From Somniosus microcephalus (Eukaryota), in assembly GCA_052327205.1 (NCBI GenBank), contig CM126212.1, forward strand, positions 52,824,001-52,888,000: a stretch of 64,000 nucleotides of DNA, in the 5' to 3' direction. A model generated the notes under the pieces. The model did not search any database, had not been told where the DNA came from, and worked only from the letters and a program-made list of their open reading frames with translations. The position numbers and the translations under genes are program-made. Below, piece after piece: positions 28,001-40,000 of this stretch. The number at the start of each line of letters is the position of its first letter. Positions within the stretch are counted from its first letter, which is position 1.

Positions 28001-31000
28001 CACCCGGAGGAAACCCACGCAGACACAGGGAGAATGTGCAAACTCCACACAGATGTTGAACTTCATCACCTGGGTAGTCAGGAGGAGTGGATCGCTCGCC
28101 CATTATCATTGAAATGAATGGATTGAAAATCAGGCGGGTTCAATAACCAGATTCCCAGGCAGTGAAGACAAAAATCTACCCTGGGTCTCTTTAAGTCAGT
28201 TGCCAATTTGGTGTCAAATTGTGCCCAGTTGTCTTTGCTGCAGGCCTAGGCCCACTTGGAACCCTATCTGACTTCCCAGACTATTTCATTTGGGAGCATT
28301 ACAGCCAGCAGAAAGACTTTCATCCTATCAGACTTGGCTGGATTTTAATCCCCGGTTCCAGAGGTGAAAGGATTCTACACCATCCAGCCAACCTCATCAT
28401 ATTCAGCATGTCTTACCTGGTGTCCATGCACCAGGATGGAGTAGTCTACAGCCTTGGTGTTTAATATTGTTCTCTAGCTCAAAATTGGATACACATCATT
28501 GTCACATTTCATGCATTCTGACTATTTCCCCCTGCAATGATCTTGGTATGATTTTTATTAAATTGTTACTATTAAGTCAAATTCAGTTCACTAGGGATTA
28601 AGATCCCCCACAGCAATTTAAGGTGAGGAGCAATGAAGTGGATAAGATGGACCAGTTTGTGGAATACTGCTTCCCACATTTCGACTTGAAACAATAAGAG
28701 TAATTTTGACTTTGGGTAATCGGGTAAAACGGGTGATATTGGATCAGCCGCCCGTTATACACCGCTCCCGATGTCGTCCATTTTGCACTATTACCCAAAG
28801 TCAAAATTAGCCCCATTAACTCATCTAAGACAGGACATTGGGTGATTATGTTGAAGTGGCTTCTCTCCTGTGAGCCACCCAGAGTCAGTATATGGAACAG
28901 GCCTATTCAATTGGGAATAGCAGAGGGTAGTTTCTGGGTGGCCTCTATCAAAAGAGGGGGTGGGAGGAAACAGTATCTGGTTTGATTGACAGTCCTATTG
29001 GCCAACCCCTGGACAGGAAGAAGGTCAGAGGTCAGGCTGCTAATTTCCTGAAAAGGAAAAACACACAAGTGGGAAAGCTGTCTGCTAAAGCTGCTAAGGA
29101 AAGTTAGCACTAGGGGCAAAGGCCTCTTTGAGTAGAATAGGGCTAAGCAATCACAGAGAAAAGATACTGGTGTGAAGAGTATGTTCTAACTTGCAAACTG
29201 GGAGGGTGTAGCTTGCTTTGTTATTTCATGTTACAGGAAGCGCTAAGGAACAAGTTAAAATTCACGATTAACTGCTTTGTTCCGCCACATGTAACCTGAT
29301 TTAAAAAAAACAGCTTCTTGATTTTTCTTTCCATTGGCCTCATCTCACAAGTGTTAATCAGTCTACCTTTCAGAAGCCTGAGGAAACGCACATGGGGACA
29401 CGTGAGATTACAGTATTCAGTTCATTTAACACAGGGCTTCATTGTAAAGGCCCCGGATTATACTATTGCATGAGTAGACATTGGGCAGTCAAACTGAACT
29501 CCTGATTGTAAAGGACATGGGATCTGTTTACAAGTGACACTGAACCTGAGAGGATATCTAGAGTAGACGTAAAACCTCTAACAATCACCAAATAAGGGCA
29601 TGACAGTTATCACTTAGATTTGAACTCCAGTTGAAAGGTATAATTATCTCAAGGCTCTTGAATCAGCCTCAAATGAGTTATTCAAACTTTAAATTGGAGA
29701 ATATGAGAAAAAGAGTTGAGTTATTTTTTTATATATAGACCTGACCTCAAAAAATTTTTTTCAAATCACACTAATGGCCACCCGTCATGATTATTTCATT
29801 CTTACTTTCTGACAATCTCCCCAGGCGATGATATCCTCCACATACACTTTGGGTCCATCAGGCCTGTTGGATCCTCCTGTAACCGTCAGTCCGAGGCCTG
29901 CTGATTTGGTGATGGTAATGAGCTGAATTCCATCATCACTATGGCAACTAAGTGGAGGAAATAATCTAAAACGTAAACTGTGACAGACTATAATAAGTAC
30001 AGGTTCTTTAGAGACAAAATCACTGTGGTTATTCAAAATGCAATGAATTTTATGTTCTTAAAGCAAAATTATGAAGCAGAATTTGACACATGCGCATGTA
30101 TGTTTCTTCACATAAGGGACAGGGGGAATGTTTTTCCCAATTTGCACTCCCTGACAGTATAAAGAATGTCTGGTTTGTCACAATTCATTACCAACACTGA
30201 ACTTCCCCACTTTGCTGTCAAAGTAGCATCTTGCACATGTCACCTGGCATGCTTGAGGTGATGGGCCAAAAATTGCAGTCGGCGGCGTAGCTTCGGGGTA
30301 CGCTGCCGACCTGCGAAAAGAATACGTACTTAGCTCGTGCGAGGCCCGAATCGGCCTAGATTTTCAGTGTGCCGTGAGGCGGGCTTTTAGACGTGCGGGG
30401 GGCTAAAATCCCGAATTCGGGGGTCCCAACACCATCCCGCCCAAAACTCGCCTCCATGTAAGTTTCAAAGGAGGCGGGTACCCGCCCCGCACTGGGACCC
30501 GCCGACCCGAGGCGGGAAGGGAATAGTGCCAATTAACTGCCTGTTAACAGGCAGTTTTTAGCCTAATCCCTATTTTGAAGGGTGTCGTGTGGGATTCCCG
30601 ACGGCTCCAAACCATGCCAGGTTAGAGGAGTCAGGCCGTCGGGTTGAAGGACTTGGAGGGGTCGCGATGTCAGTGTTCAGGTGAGTGATGGGTGCATGAG
30701 TGCAAAGGTAAGTGTGTTTGGTGTGTCTAAAGTGTGTAAAGAAGTTTAAATTACCTGTACTTACCTTAACAGCCTTTCTTCCTCTAGGCATCGGGAGTCC
30801 ATCACTCAGCCGGCACTGAAAGCAGAATGGCTGCGATCTGTCAAAAGTGACAGCCTGCAGCTTTCAGTGCCGGTGAGAGTTCTAACTGAGTCTGCGTAGA
30901 AGGACTCAGGTTAGAAGTCAGACTGTCAGTGTTTGACAGCTTCAAACAGCTGTGAAACACTGATATTTCATCTGTCAGCACGTCTTGACATGAAATTTCA

Positions 31001-34000
31001 GTCTGTGACGTCACCTGTTGCCGAGTGGCCCTTAATTGGCCTGCTGAGCCCGTTGGGCGGGCTCAACAAGGTCAATCAAGGGAAAATCGCGTGGATTGGC
31101 CGGACGTCGATGGAGGCGGGATTAATACCTGAAAGTTGTAGTCCCGCCTCCTTCTGGACTGCTGAATGAAAATCCAGCCCTTGCTCTTCAGTGCTGCAGA
31201 GTTGTGTGCAGCATAGGACATCACAAAGGTTAGGAGTGCAGCGTACAGTCTGTGCATAAGGGAAGACACGCCCACAAAAGTAGTCAAAACTAAGCCACGC
31301 CCACAGAAACTTCTCAGTCTCTCCCATTGAAATTACATTTTAAAACCTTCTAAAACCCTTCTAAAAACTTTTAATTAAATTGATACTTGGACTTATTTCA
31401 TATATCAGCATTTTTTTTTCATCCAAACTCTCAATTTATTAGTCCCTATGTATACAACCTCCTGTTTTGATACTCACTAAAGGTCTAACAATGTTTTATA
31501 TCTCCTACAAGTAATGTTGTTGAACTTCAATGTTCATTTTCAGGATTAAAATAATATTATTCAGGCTTCATTTAGACAGGTAACAGATATATCTGTTTTC
31601 CTTGTTATGGATGCATTATATTGTTTATGTTGTTCATGTTTGAGTTGAAAGGACAGAATTGGTCACTGAAATCTGATAGATGTTCACTTTATTTAACTTT
31701 CTTATTCAACTTCCCAAGTAATTAAAATGAAGATCAGTAAAGATAGTTTTGGTACATATTTTACAACAGAGAACTTCAGAATTGTTAGATAATTTATTTG
31801 GGCTGTACCCTATCATACTGCTGCAAAAGACAAGGGCCAAACATATTGCAAGTTTAATTATCAGGTTTCTCTTTACAAAGATATATTTGCAAATATTTCT
31901 TGGGAAAATATAAGTAAACGGCCAAAATATATACACTCCTAAAATTGCTTTGTAGCATTGTTAAGAAAACATGTAAGGGTGGACTAATCATTTTGCAATG
32001 CAATTCCAATCAAAATCGCTTGATAAGGTTGTAAACGGTGCTATCCCGTGTTTGTCTTGGCATCGGGGAAATGCAAAGTGGTGATTTTTCAACTGCGGAT
32101 CTTCTTTTACGATGTGAAACAGGCTCCTACGCCAGCAACTGTAAGAGTTTCGTCCGTAATTGCTGGGCAGTTGGCGGGCAATGTGCCAGCAATTGTGAGT
32201 TTCTCGGCGGTGCGGATGATCTGTCAAGGCATACCTTGACAGATCGCAAGTTCGGGATTCAGCGCATGCGCAAGCACATGCAGAAATCCCGAACTTGTGA
32301 TGTATTTCAAAGGTGGTATGATGGTGTACTCTCAGTCATACCCACCGCAAAATCCGGGCCGATATAAATCCAGCAGCACGCCAGAGCAATGGCCGACACC
32401 TCATTGTCTCAATCTGTCTCTGGTACCATTTGGCCTCAATAGAAGTCAGCCCCTGCACTCAAATTTTCATTTTTTTATGACTGCCAGTATTGTCAAATAG
32501 GGGATGCTTCTTGGCATTGGGAGCAGGTCACAGCTCGACACCAGCATAATTCTGTTTCTAAACAATCATTCAAGCTTTTAAGATCTAGCCACTTTTGTTT
32601 ATTTGTAAACTCATGTGCTCTCTTAGTTGGTGCACTGCCATAGGATTTCCTCTTTCCCCCCCTTAATTGGAGTAGATCTCTGGCAGGGCAGGACTTTCAC
32701 TCGCCCTGCAGATGCCCCGTTGACTCTGCCTGTATTTCTGGTCCTGGGGTCATTTACATATGGGAGATGGGCTTCCGGCCTTTGCTGAGGGGTCAAGCCA
32801 ATATAGGTGCAGAGATTGCAGTGGTAAGCCTCAAGGGCCTACCACAGCAGGGAAAAGAGGTGGGAAGCACATTTTTAGTTTTACCGATGGAGAATGCACA
32901 CAGCCCAAGAGCACAGACAACTCTTCAATTTTTGTTTCCTACATTACAACAGTGACTACACTTCAAAAGTACTTCATTGGTTGTAAAGCGCTTTGGGAAG
33001 TCCTGAGGCCATGTAAAATGCTATATAAATGCAAGTTCTTTCTTTCTTTCCTGACTTCGCTGACTTCAGAATCTCGATGCCAGGACCCAACGGGTTTGAA
33101 GAGTGCAAATGGTGGAAAAACATGGCAGGAGTAGTTTGCCCTGACAGACTTGGCTACGGAGAATGGTGGGGGGGCAGGAACTCAACCTCAAATTACTTTC
33201 CACCACAGCCGGCCACAGCTCCTGCACAAGATCAGCACGAGGAGGCAGGAAGTCGAGACCACAGTATCAATGTATTAAATATTCCAGAGAGATCGCCGCA
33301 TCATGAAAGCAGCGAAGCTTTAATGTGCAAGGGTAATGACATTTCTTTATGCCACGATATTGTACAGTGCACGAAAGCTCCTGAAGTTATGGAGATACTC
33401 CCATTTTAAATGGTGTTTGATGCACAGAAACAGGCCAGTAACAATCAGAGGTTTGATAGGCTGTGTATATCAACAAATTAGGTTAGGAAACAACATGATG
33501 AATGCCACACAAATAAATTCACAAAAATGATAAACAGTTGTCAGACATACTGTGCATTGGAGCGACGTAAAGTCCCAGTGTTTCCACTGGACGAGTTACG
33601 AGAACTGGTAGGGCTTAGCAGTCGAGGACTCAGGGAAGTTGATGAGGAGTCTGATGATGATCTGTGTAAAGATCTGCCTGATGATGATCTCTGTAAAGAT
33701 CTGCCTGTTCCAAATCCGAAGGGGAAAGGGAAAAGGATAATTAACAAATGAGATGAAATGCAAGGATTTCTTATCTCAGTCTCTACGTTCATTGCTTGTT
33801 TCAAGTCTCACCGGACACCATAAAGCAGCACTCAAAAGATTATGGTGCCATCAAAATGGCTGTCTCCAGTTTCCTTTCATTCAGTCAATCAGTCTAATTC
33901 TCCCCCCAGCACTGACCACCCTCAAGAACAAGGCTCAATAGCACAATGAAATGTTAGGTATACATGTCAACTACTGCATCTCTGGAGCTGGTGGACCTCC

Positions 34001-37000
34001 AAAACACACAATCTCACTCAGCCAAGGTAACAATGGTGGAGCGGGACTTTCTTTATGCCATTCACATACGTGCCTGACCTCATCAGAAATCCTGGGGTCT
34101 GGTAATTAACATACAGTGGGCAAGTTAACGTGTGCCAGTATCGCAGTACTTGGAGCACCCACTGGTGAGGCTGGTGGTGAAATGGTGGTGTTGGAAAGCC
34201 ACTGAGCAGCAGTGGTGGCAGGAGGTCGATTGCAGAGGAAATGAGTAGCTCTATATCGCAACCAGCTGCTGTAATGAAACTGAACTTAAATAGTCTTGTG
34301 GGCCCCAACTCCCCTCTTCAAACGTACCTTATGTCTGCTTCTTGGGGGCTTCTTGGGTGATCTGCAGGCTAGACTGGTGGGGCTTCTGCCCGGTGAAATC
34401 ATTCCCTCCATGGCCCACCTCCATCCATGATGTCAGGTAGCAAGGGGCAGACACAAGAACTGCCCGCCCGCATCCCCCAGAAACTCCAGAACTTCTTGAA
34501 CGGAGCGGAGACCTGGCCATAAGCAGTTCCCACCCCAAAATCTGCTCCCATTCATACTGATAGCGCCCCAATGGTGGTGGATTTTTGGGACCAGTGAGTT
34601 TAGAGGGAATACATTTTGGAAATAGGTCATATTTCTATATTGAGTACCTTGAATTCTGCTTCTAAAGAATGTTATGCTTTATATTAAAGTGTATTTAAAA
34701 TACAAACCTCAACACAAGAAGTGTTTTGCAGTAGTACGTAATGCACCAGATATCGCTTCAGCCAACACACAAACTTTCACCAGTCAGAGTGCTGTTTAAA
34801 CTGGCTCTAAATGAGCCTGCCCAAAACTGCCCAATACCCGCACAAAGTTTCTTTAATAAGTGTGAGTCCTTTGCAATATACGACTGGTTTTACTGTATGA
34901 CAAACTTTGGAAACACTTTCTATTATCAGAAAAAGAAAATGAAACTTACCAGTTCCTTCTGGGATAGGTGATGCTGATTCTGTACTACTTCTGGATCCAC
35001 AGTTCTCTAATAATTCTGAAAACTCTCTCCTGTTCAAAATGAAAAGGGATTATGATTACCAAGGGTACAATATTTAGGGATGTTTAAATTACTAAGAAAA
35101 CTATTGAAATGACTTTTTGGGATAGATTTACATCATATATTTCAGTTGTGGTGTTAGCTGTGGCTCAGTAGTAGCACCCTTGCCTCGGAGTCTAGAAGGT
35201 TGCAGGTTCAAGAACCACACCAGAGGCTTGAGTGCATAATCTGGGCTGGCACTGTCGGAGGTGCCGTCTTTCGGATGAGATGTTAAACCGAGGCCCCGCC
35301 TGCTCTCTCAGGTGGATGTAAAAGATCCCATGCCACTATTTTGAAGAAGAGCAGGGGAGTTATCCTCAGTGTCCTGGCCAATATTTATCCCTTCAACCAA
35401 CATCATTAAACCTGGGATGGCAGGAATGACATATGAGGAGAGATTGGGTCATTTGGGCTTATACTCACTGGAGTTCAGAAGAATGAGAGGGGATCTCATT
35501 GAAACTTATAAAATTCTAACAGGACTAGACAGACTTGATGCAGGAAGGATGTTCCCGATGGCCGGGGAGTCCAGAACCAGGGGTCACAGTCTAAGGATAA
35601 GGGGTAAGCCATTTAGGACAGAGATGAGGAGGAATTTCTTCACCCAAAGAGTGGTGAACCTGTGGAATTCTCTACCACAGAAGGCAGTTGAGGCCAATTC
35701 ATTAAATATATTCAAGAAGGAGTTAGATATATTTCTTAAGGCTAAAGGGATCAAGGGGTATGGGGAGAAAGCAGGGACCAGGTACTGAATTTGGATGATC
35801 AGCCATGATCTAATTGAATGGTGGAGCAGGCTTGAGGGGCCGAATGGCCTACTCCTGCTCCTATCTTCTATGTTTCTATGTTTAAACCAAATTATCTGAC
35901 CATTTATCTCATTGCTGTTGGTGGGAGCTCGCTGTGTGCAATTTGGCTGCCATGTTTCCTATATTACAACAGTGACTGCACTTCAAAAGTACTCCATTGG
36001 CTGTAAAGTGCTTTGGATGTCCTGAGGTTGTGAAGACGCTGTATAAATACATGTTTCTTTCTTTCATTCAAGTGTTCCGATATTCAGAGTTATTCCGGAT
36101 GCACTGATTTTGTGAGTGTAATTCAATGCTGTAACATTGTCCCCACTTTAGATTGGTGTTCCTGAATTTCAAAATCTCCTTTCAGCTTTAACACGATTGG
36201 TCGTAAGACTTTGAGTTACAAGAGTTGAGGTATAAACCAAGCCCTAAATGCTAAAAAAAAAATCACACTTCTCAATCAAAGGGATTAACACTTCATTGTA
36301 TTTTGATGGTACCTAGTTTATGTTTTAAGGCAGGGGTTCTCAACATATTTGCTTCTGAGGCCCCCCTCCCGTGTTATAAAAATTCCACGCACTCCCTGTA
36401 GGGGAGAGAAGGGGATGTGGGGTGTGGGGAGAAGTGGGTAGGGGAGAGAAGAGGATGTGTGTGGGAGGAGACAGTGGGTGTGGGGGAGAAGAGGGTGTGT
36501 GAGGGGCAGGGATGGGGGTTCATCTCACATGGTTGCTATTAGCAACCATTAAAGTTCACTAGGCCTCAGCCCCTCAACACAAACAGGGATAACTTTCCTC
36601 CCACTTTACAGTGCCTGGCGGCCTTCGCCTCCAGGCCCCAGGCCTCACACACCCTCCGACAGATCTTCGATGCACTCGAAGGTGGTCTCGAACTGAAAAG
36701 AGTTCAAAAACAGCAACAGGTTGTCCAGCACCGCCACGTTGTTCACCTGCATCTTCGCCATGGCTCCTACGGGGCAATTTTGTGTTTTTGTTTTCCCTCA
36801 GGCCCACCCGCGCCGATTGAAAACAGAGACCGAGGCCCCAGGCCAGCTTGGTAGAGCGTGACGGGCCCAAAGTCTTTGCTTTCCCGCAGAAGCTCCGGCC
36901 CATCCTCCTCCTCCACCTGCCGCTCCCAATTGGTTGGCAGAGCACCCACAGGCAGCGCGTGCCTTTATTGCCACTGAAGGCCCGGGCAGCCCAGGCCTGG

Positions 37001-40000
37001 CCTTGCGACCTCCCCGCAGTGCGCAACCTGCAGGTGGCAGCAGTGAGTCGGGTTCACCCAAAGCCACCTGCTAAAATTAATCGATCTCCCATGGTGTGGA
37101 CCCCTTGACATCTTCTTACGGATCCCTGGTTGAGAGCCCCTGTTTTAAAGTATGCATCATCACAATACCACACGTATTAATCTCTAGAGGTAAAAACAAC
37201 AACTGCAGCGCTGAAAACAGGAATAAAACCAGAAAATGTTGTAAATACACAGCAGGGCCATTTGTGTGAATGGTCTATGCCCGAGAGGTTAATCCAATGT
37301 TTCTTTTTACAAATGCTGATGGTCCTGTATTGCCAGCATTTTCTGTTTCTATTACAGTGTTAATTCCTATTGAGAGGTGCAAAATCTGATCTAATGGCCT
37401 AAATTTGGAATGTGGAAACCATAACAAAGCGTTAAGCTTATTAGAAACACATAATTCATCATACCAAAAATGAAACCATTACACTGTTTGAATATTCATG
37501 ATGCTCCGCATAGTAAAGTGTCCCTGAATTTGGTTATTTGTCCCTCAGTTTTAGAATCTGTGTCTTATCAAGTTTACACGTTGAGAAGGAGACAACAACA
37601 ATTTGCATTTATATAGCACATTTAATGCAGTAATCTTTGTCTCTAACATTGAGACCATCCGTTCAGCTGCCTCTGCCACTTTCCTTCTTTCCCCTAGCCC
37701 ACTGGGCCAAACTTCCTCTTAGGTTCCTCCCTGCCTTAGCCCTGAACTCGCATCTTTTTCCAGTTTCTCTCCGATCTCTCCTCATGACCTCTCTGTGCTC
37801 ATCTTGTCCATGAGACCCACTTCCTGCACCCTCGGCCCTATTCCCACCCAACTTCCTTTTCTGGCTCCCATGTTAGCTGATATTGTTAACGGTTCTCTCT
37901 CCTCAGGTACTGTCCCACTCTTCCTCAAACTGCCATCATCACCCCTCTCCTCAAAAAAACAACTCTTGACCCCTCCGTCCTTGCAAACTACCGCCCCGTC
38001 TCCAACCTCCCTTTCCTCTCCAAAGTCCTTGAACATGCTGTCGCCTCCCAAATCCATGCCCTTCTTTCCCACAACTCCATGTTTGAATCCCTCCAATCAG
38101 ATTTCTGCCCCAGCCACAGTACCGAAACAGCTTTCATCAAAGTCACAAATGACATCCTTTGTGAGTGTGACAAAGGTAAACTATCCCTCCTCATCCCTCT
38201 TGACTTGTCTGCAGCCTTTGACACGGTTGACCACTCCATCCTTCTCCAACGCCTCTCCAACGTTGTCCAGCTGGGTGGCACTGCACTCACCTGGTTCCAT
38301 TCTTATCTATCTAATCGTAGCCAGAGGATCACCTGCAATGGCTTCTCTTCCTCCCCCCGCATCGTTACCTCTGGTGTTCCCCAAGGATCTATCCTTGGCC
38401 CCCTCCTATTTCTCATCTACATGCTGCCCCTTGGCGGCACCGAAAACACAGCGTCAGTTTTCACATGTACGCTGACGACACCCAGCTCTACCTCACCACC
38501 ACGTCCCTCCATGGCCTCACCCCTCCCTATCTCTGTAGTCTCCTCCAGCCTCACAGCCCCCCGAGATATCTGCACTCCTCTAATTCTGCCCTCTTGAGCA
38601 TCCCTGATTATAATCGCTCAACCATTGGTGGCCATGCCTTCTGCTACCACAGCCCTAAGCTCTGGAATTCCTTCCCTAAACCGCTCCGCCTCGCTACCCC
38701 TCCTTCCTCCTTTAAGACACTCTTTAAAACCTACCTCTTTGACCAAACTTTTGGTCATCTGCCCTAATTTCTCCTTATGTGGCTCGGTGTCAAATTTTTT
38801 GTCTTATAATACTCCTGTGAAGCACCTTGGAACGTTTTACTATGTTAAAGGCGTTATAAAAATACAAGTTGTTGTTGTTGTAATACATCCCAGAAGCGAT
38901 ATCAGACAAAATTTGACACCGAGCCACAAAAAAGAGATATTAGGCCAGGTAATCAAAAGCTTGGTTAAAGAAGTAGGTTTTAAGGAGCGTCTTAGAGGAG
39001 GAGAGCGAAAATAAATTAGGGGTGCGCAAGAGGGCAGAATTGGAGGAGCGCAGAGATCTCGGAAGGTTGTACATTTTGTATAAATAGTAGTTGAGATCTG
39101 TGGTTTGCTTTGCTGAAAATTTGTTGACACCCTTAATAACTTTTATAATGAATGCACCACGAGGCACCAAAAATAATTGGAAACATGAGGGCAATTTTTG
39201 CCGAAAACTTTAGGTACCGAAGAGCCTCCGAGGTGGCCAAAGTGGGGTCTTGAGCTGCACGCCGGTTTAGCTCACGTTTAACGCAAGAGGCCATCTTAGA
39301 AACATAGAAGATAGGAGCAGGAGTAGGCCATTCGGCCCATCGAGCCTGCTCCGCCATTTAATGAGATCATGGCTGATCATCCAAATTCAGTACCCTGTCG
39401 CTGCTTTCTCCCCATATCCCTTGATCCCTTTAATCTTAAGAAATATATCTAACTCCTTCTTGAATATATTTAATAAATTGGCCTCAACTGCCTTCTGTGG
39501 TCGAGAATTTCGCAGGTTCACCACTCTCTGGGTGAAGAAATTCCTCCTCATCTCTGTCCTAAATGGCTTATCCCTTATCCTTAGCCTGTGACCCCTGGTT
39601 CTGGACTCCCCCGCCATCGGGAACATCCTTCCTGCATCAAGTCTGTCTAGTCCTGTTAGAATGTTATAAGTTTCAATGAGATCCCCTCTCATTCTTCTAA
39701 ACTCTAGCGAATATAAGCCTGGTAAAGGAGTTGACGCCAGTGCTAGGATCGGCTGCCCAGAGGCTCCTTAAACAGCTGATTGCACTTAAAATGTTTGTTC
39801 GCACTGATTAAAGAGGCTGCACGGCATTTTGGTGGCTAGCGCTTCAACTAACGCCCTCTCCTCACAGCGACCAGCTGTTTGGGAGTAACCACACGCTACT
39901 TAAAGGGATACACACCATTTCATGATGATTGCTGCTGGAGCTATAAAGAGGACCTCTGAAACACATCGGGAGGCTTTCTGGGACACTTGGTCAAGACTTC

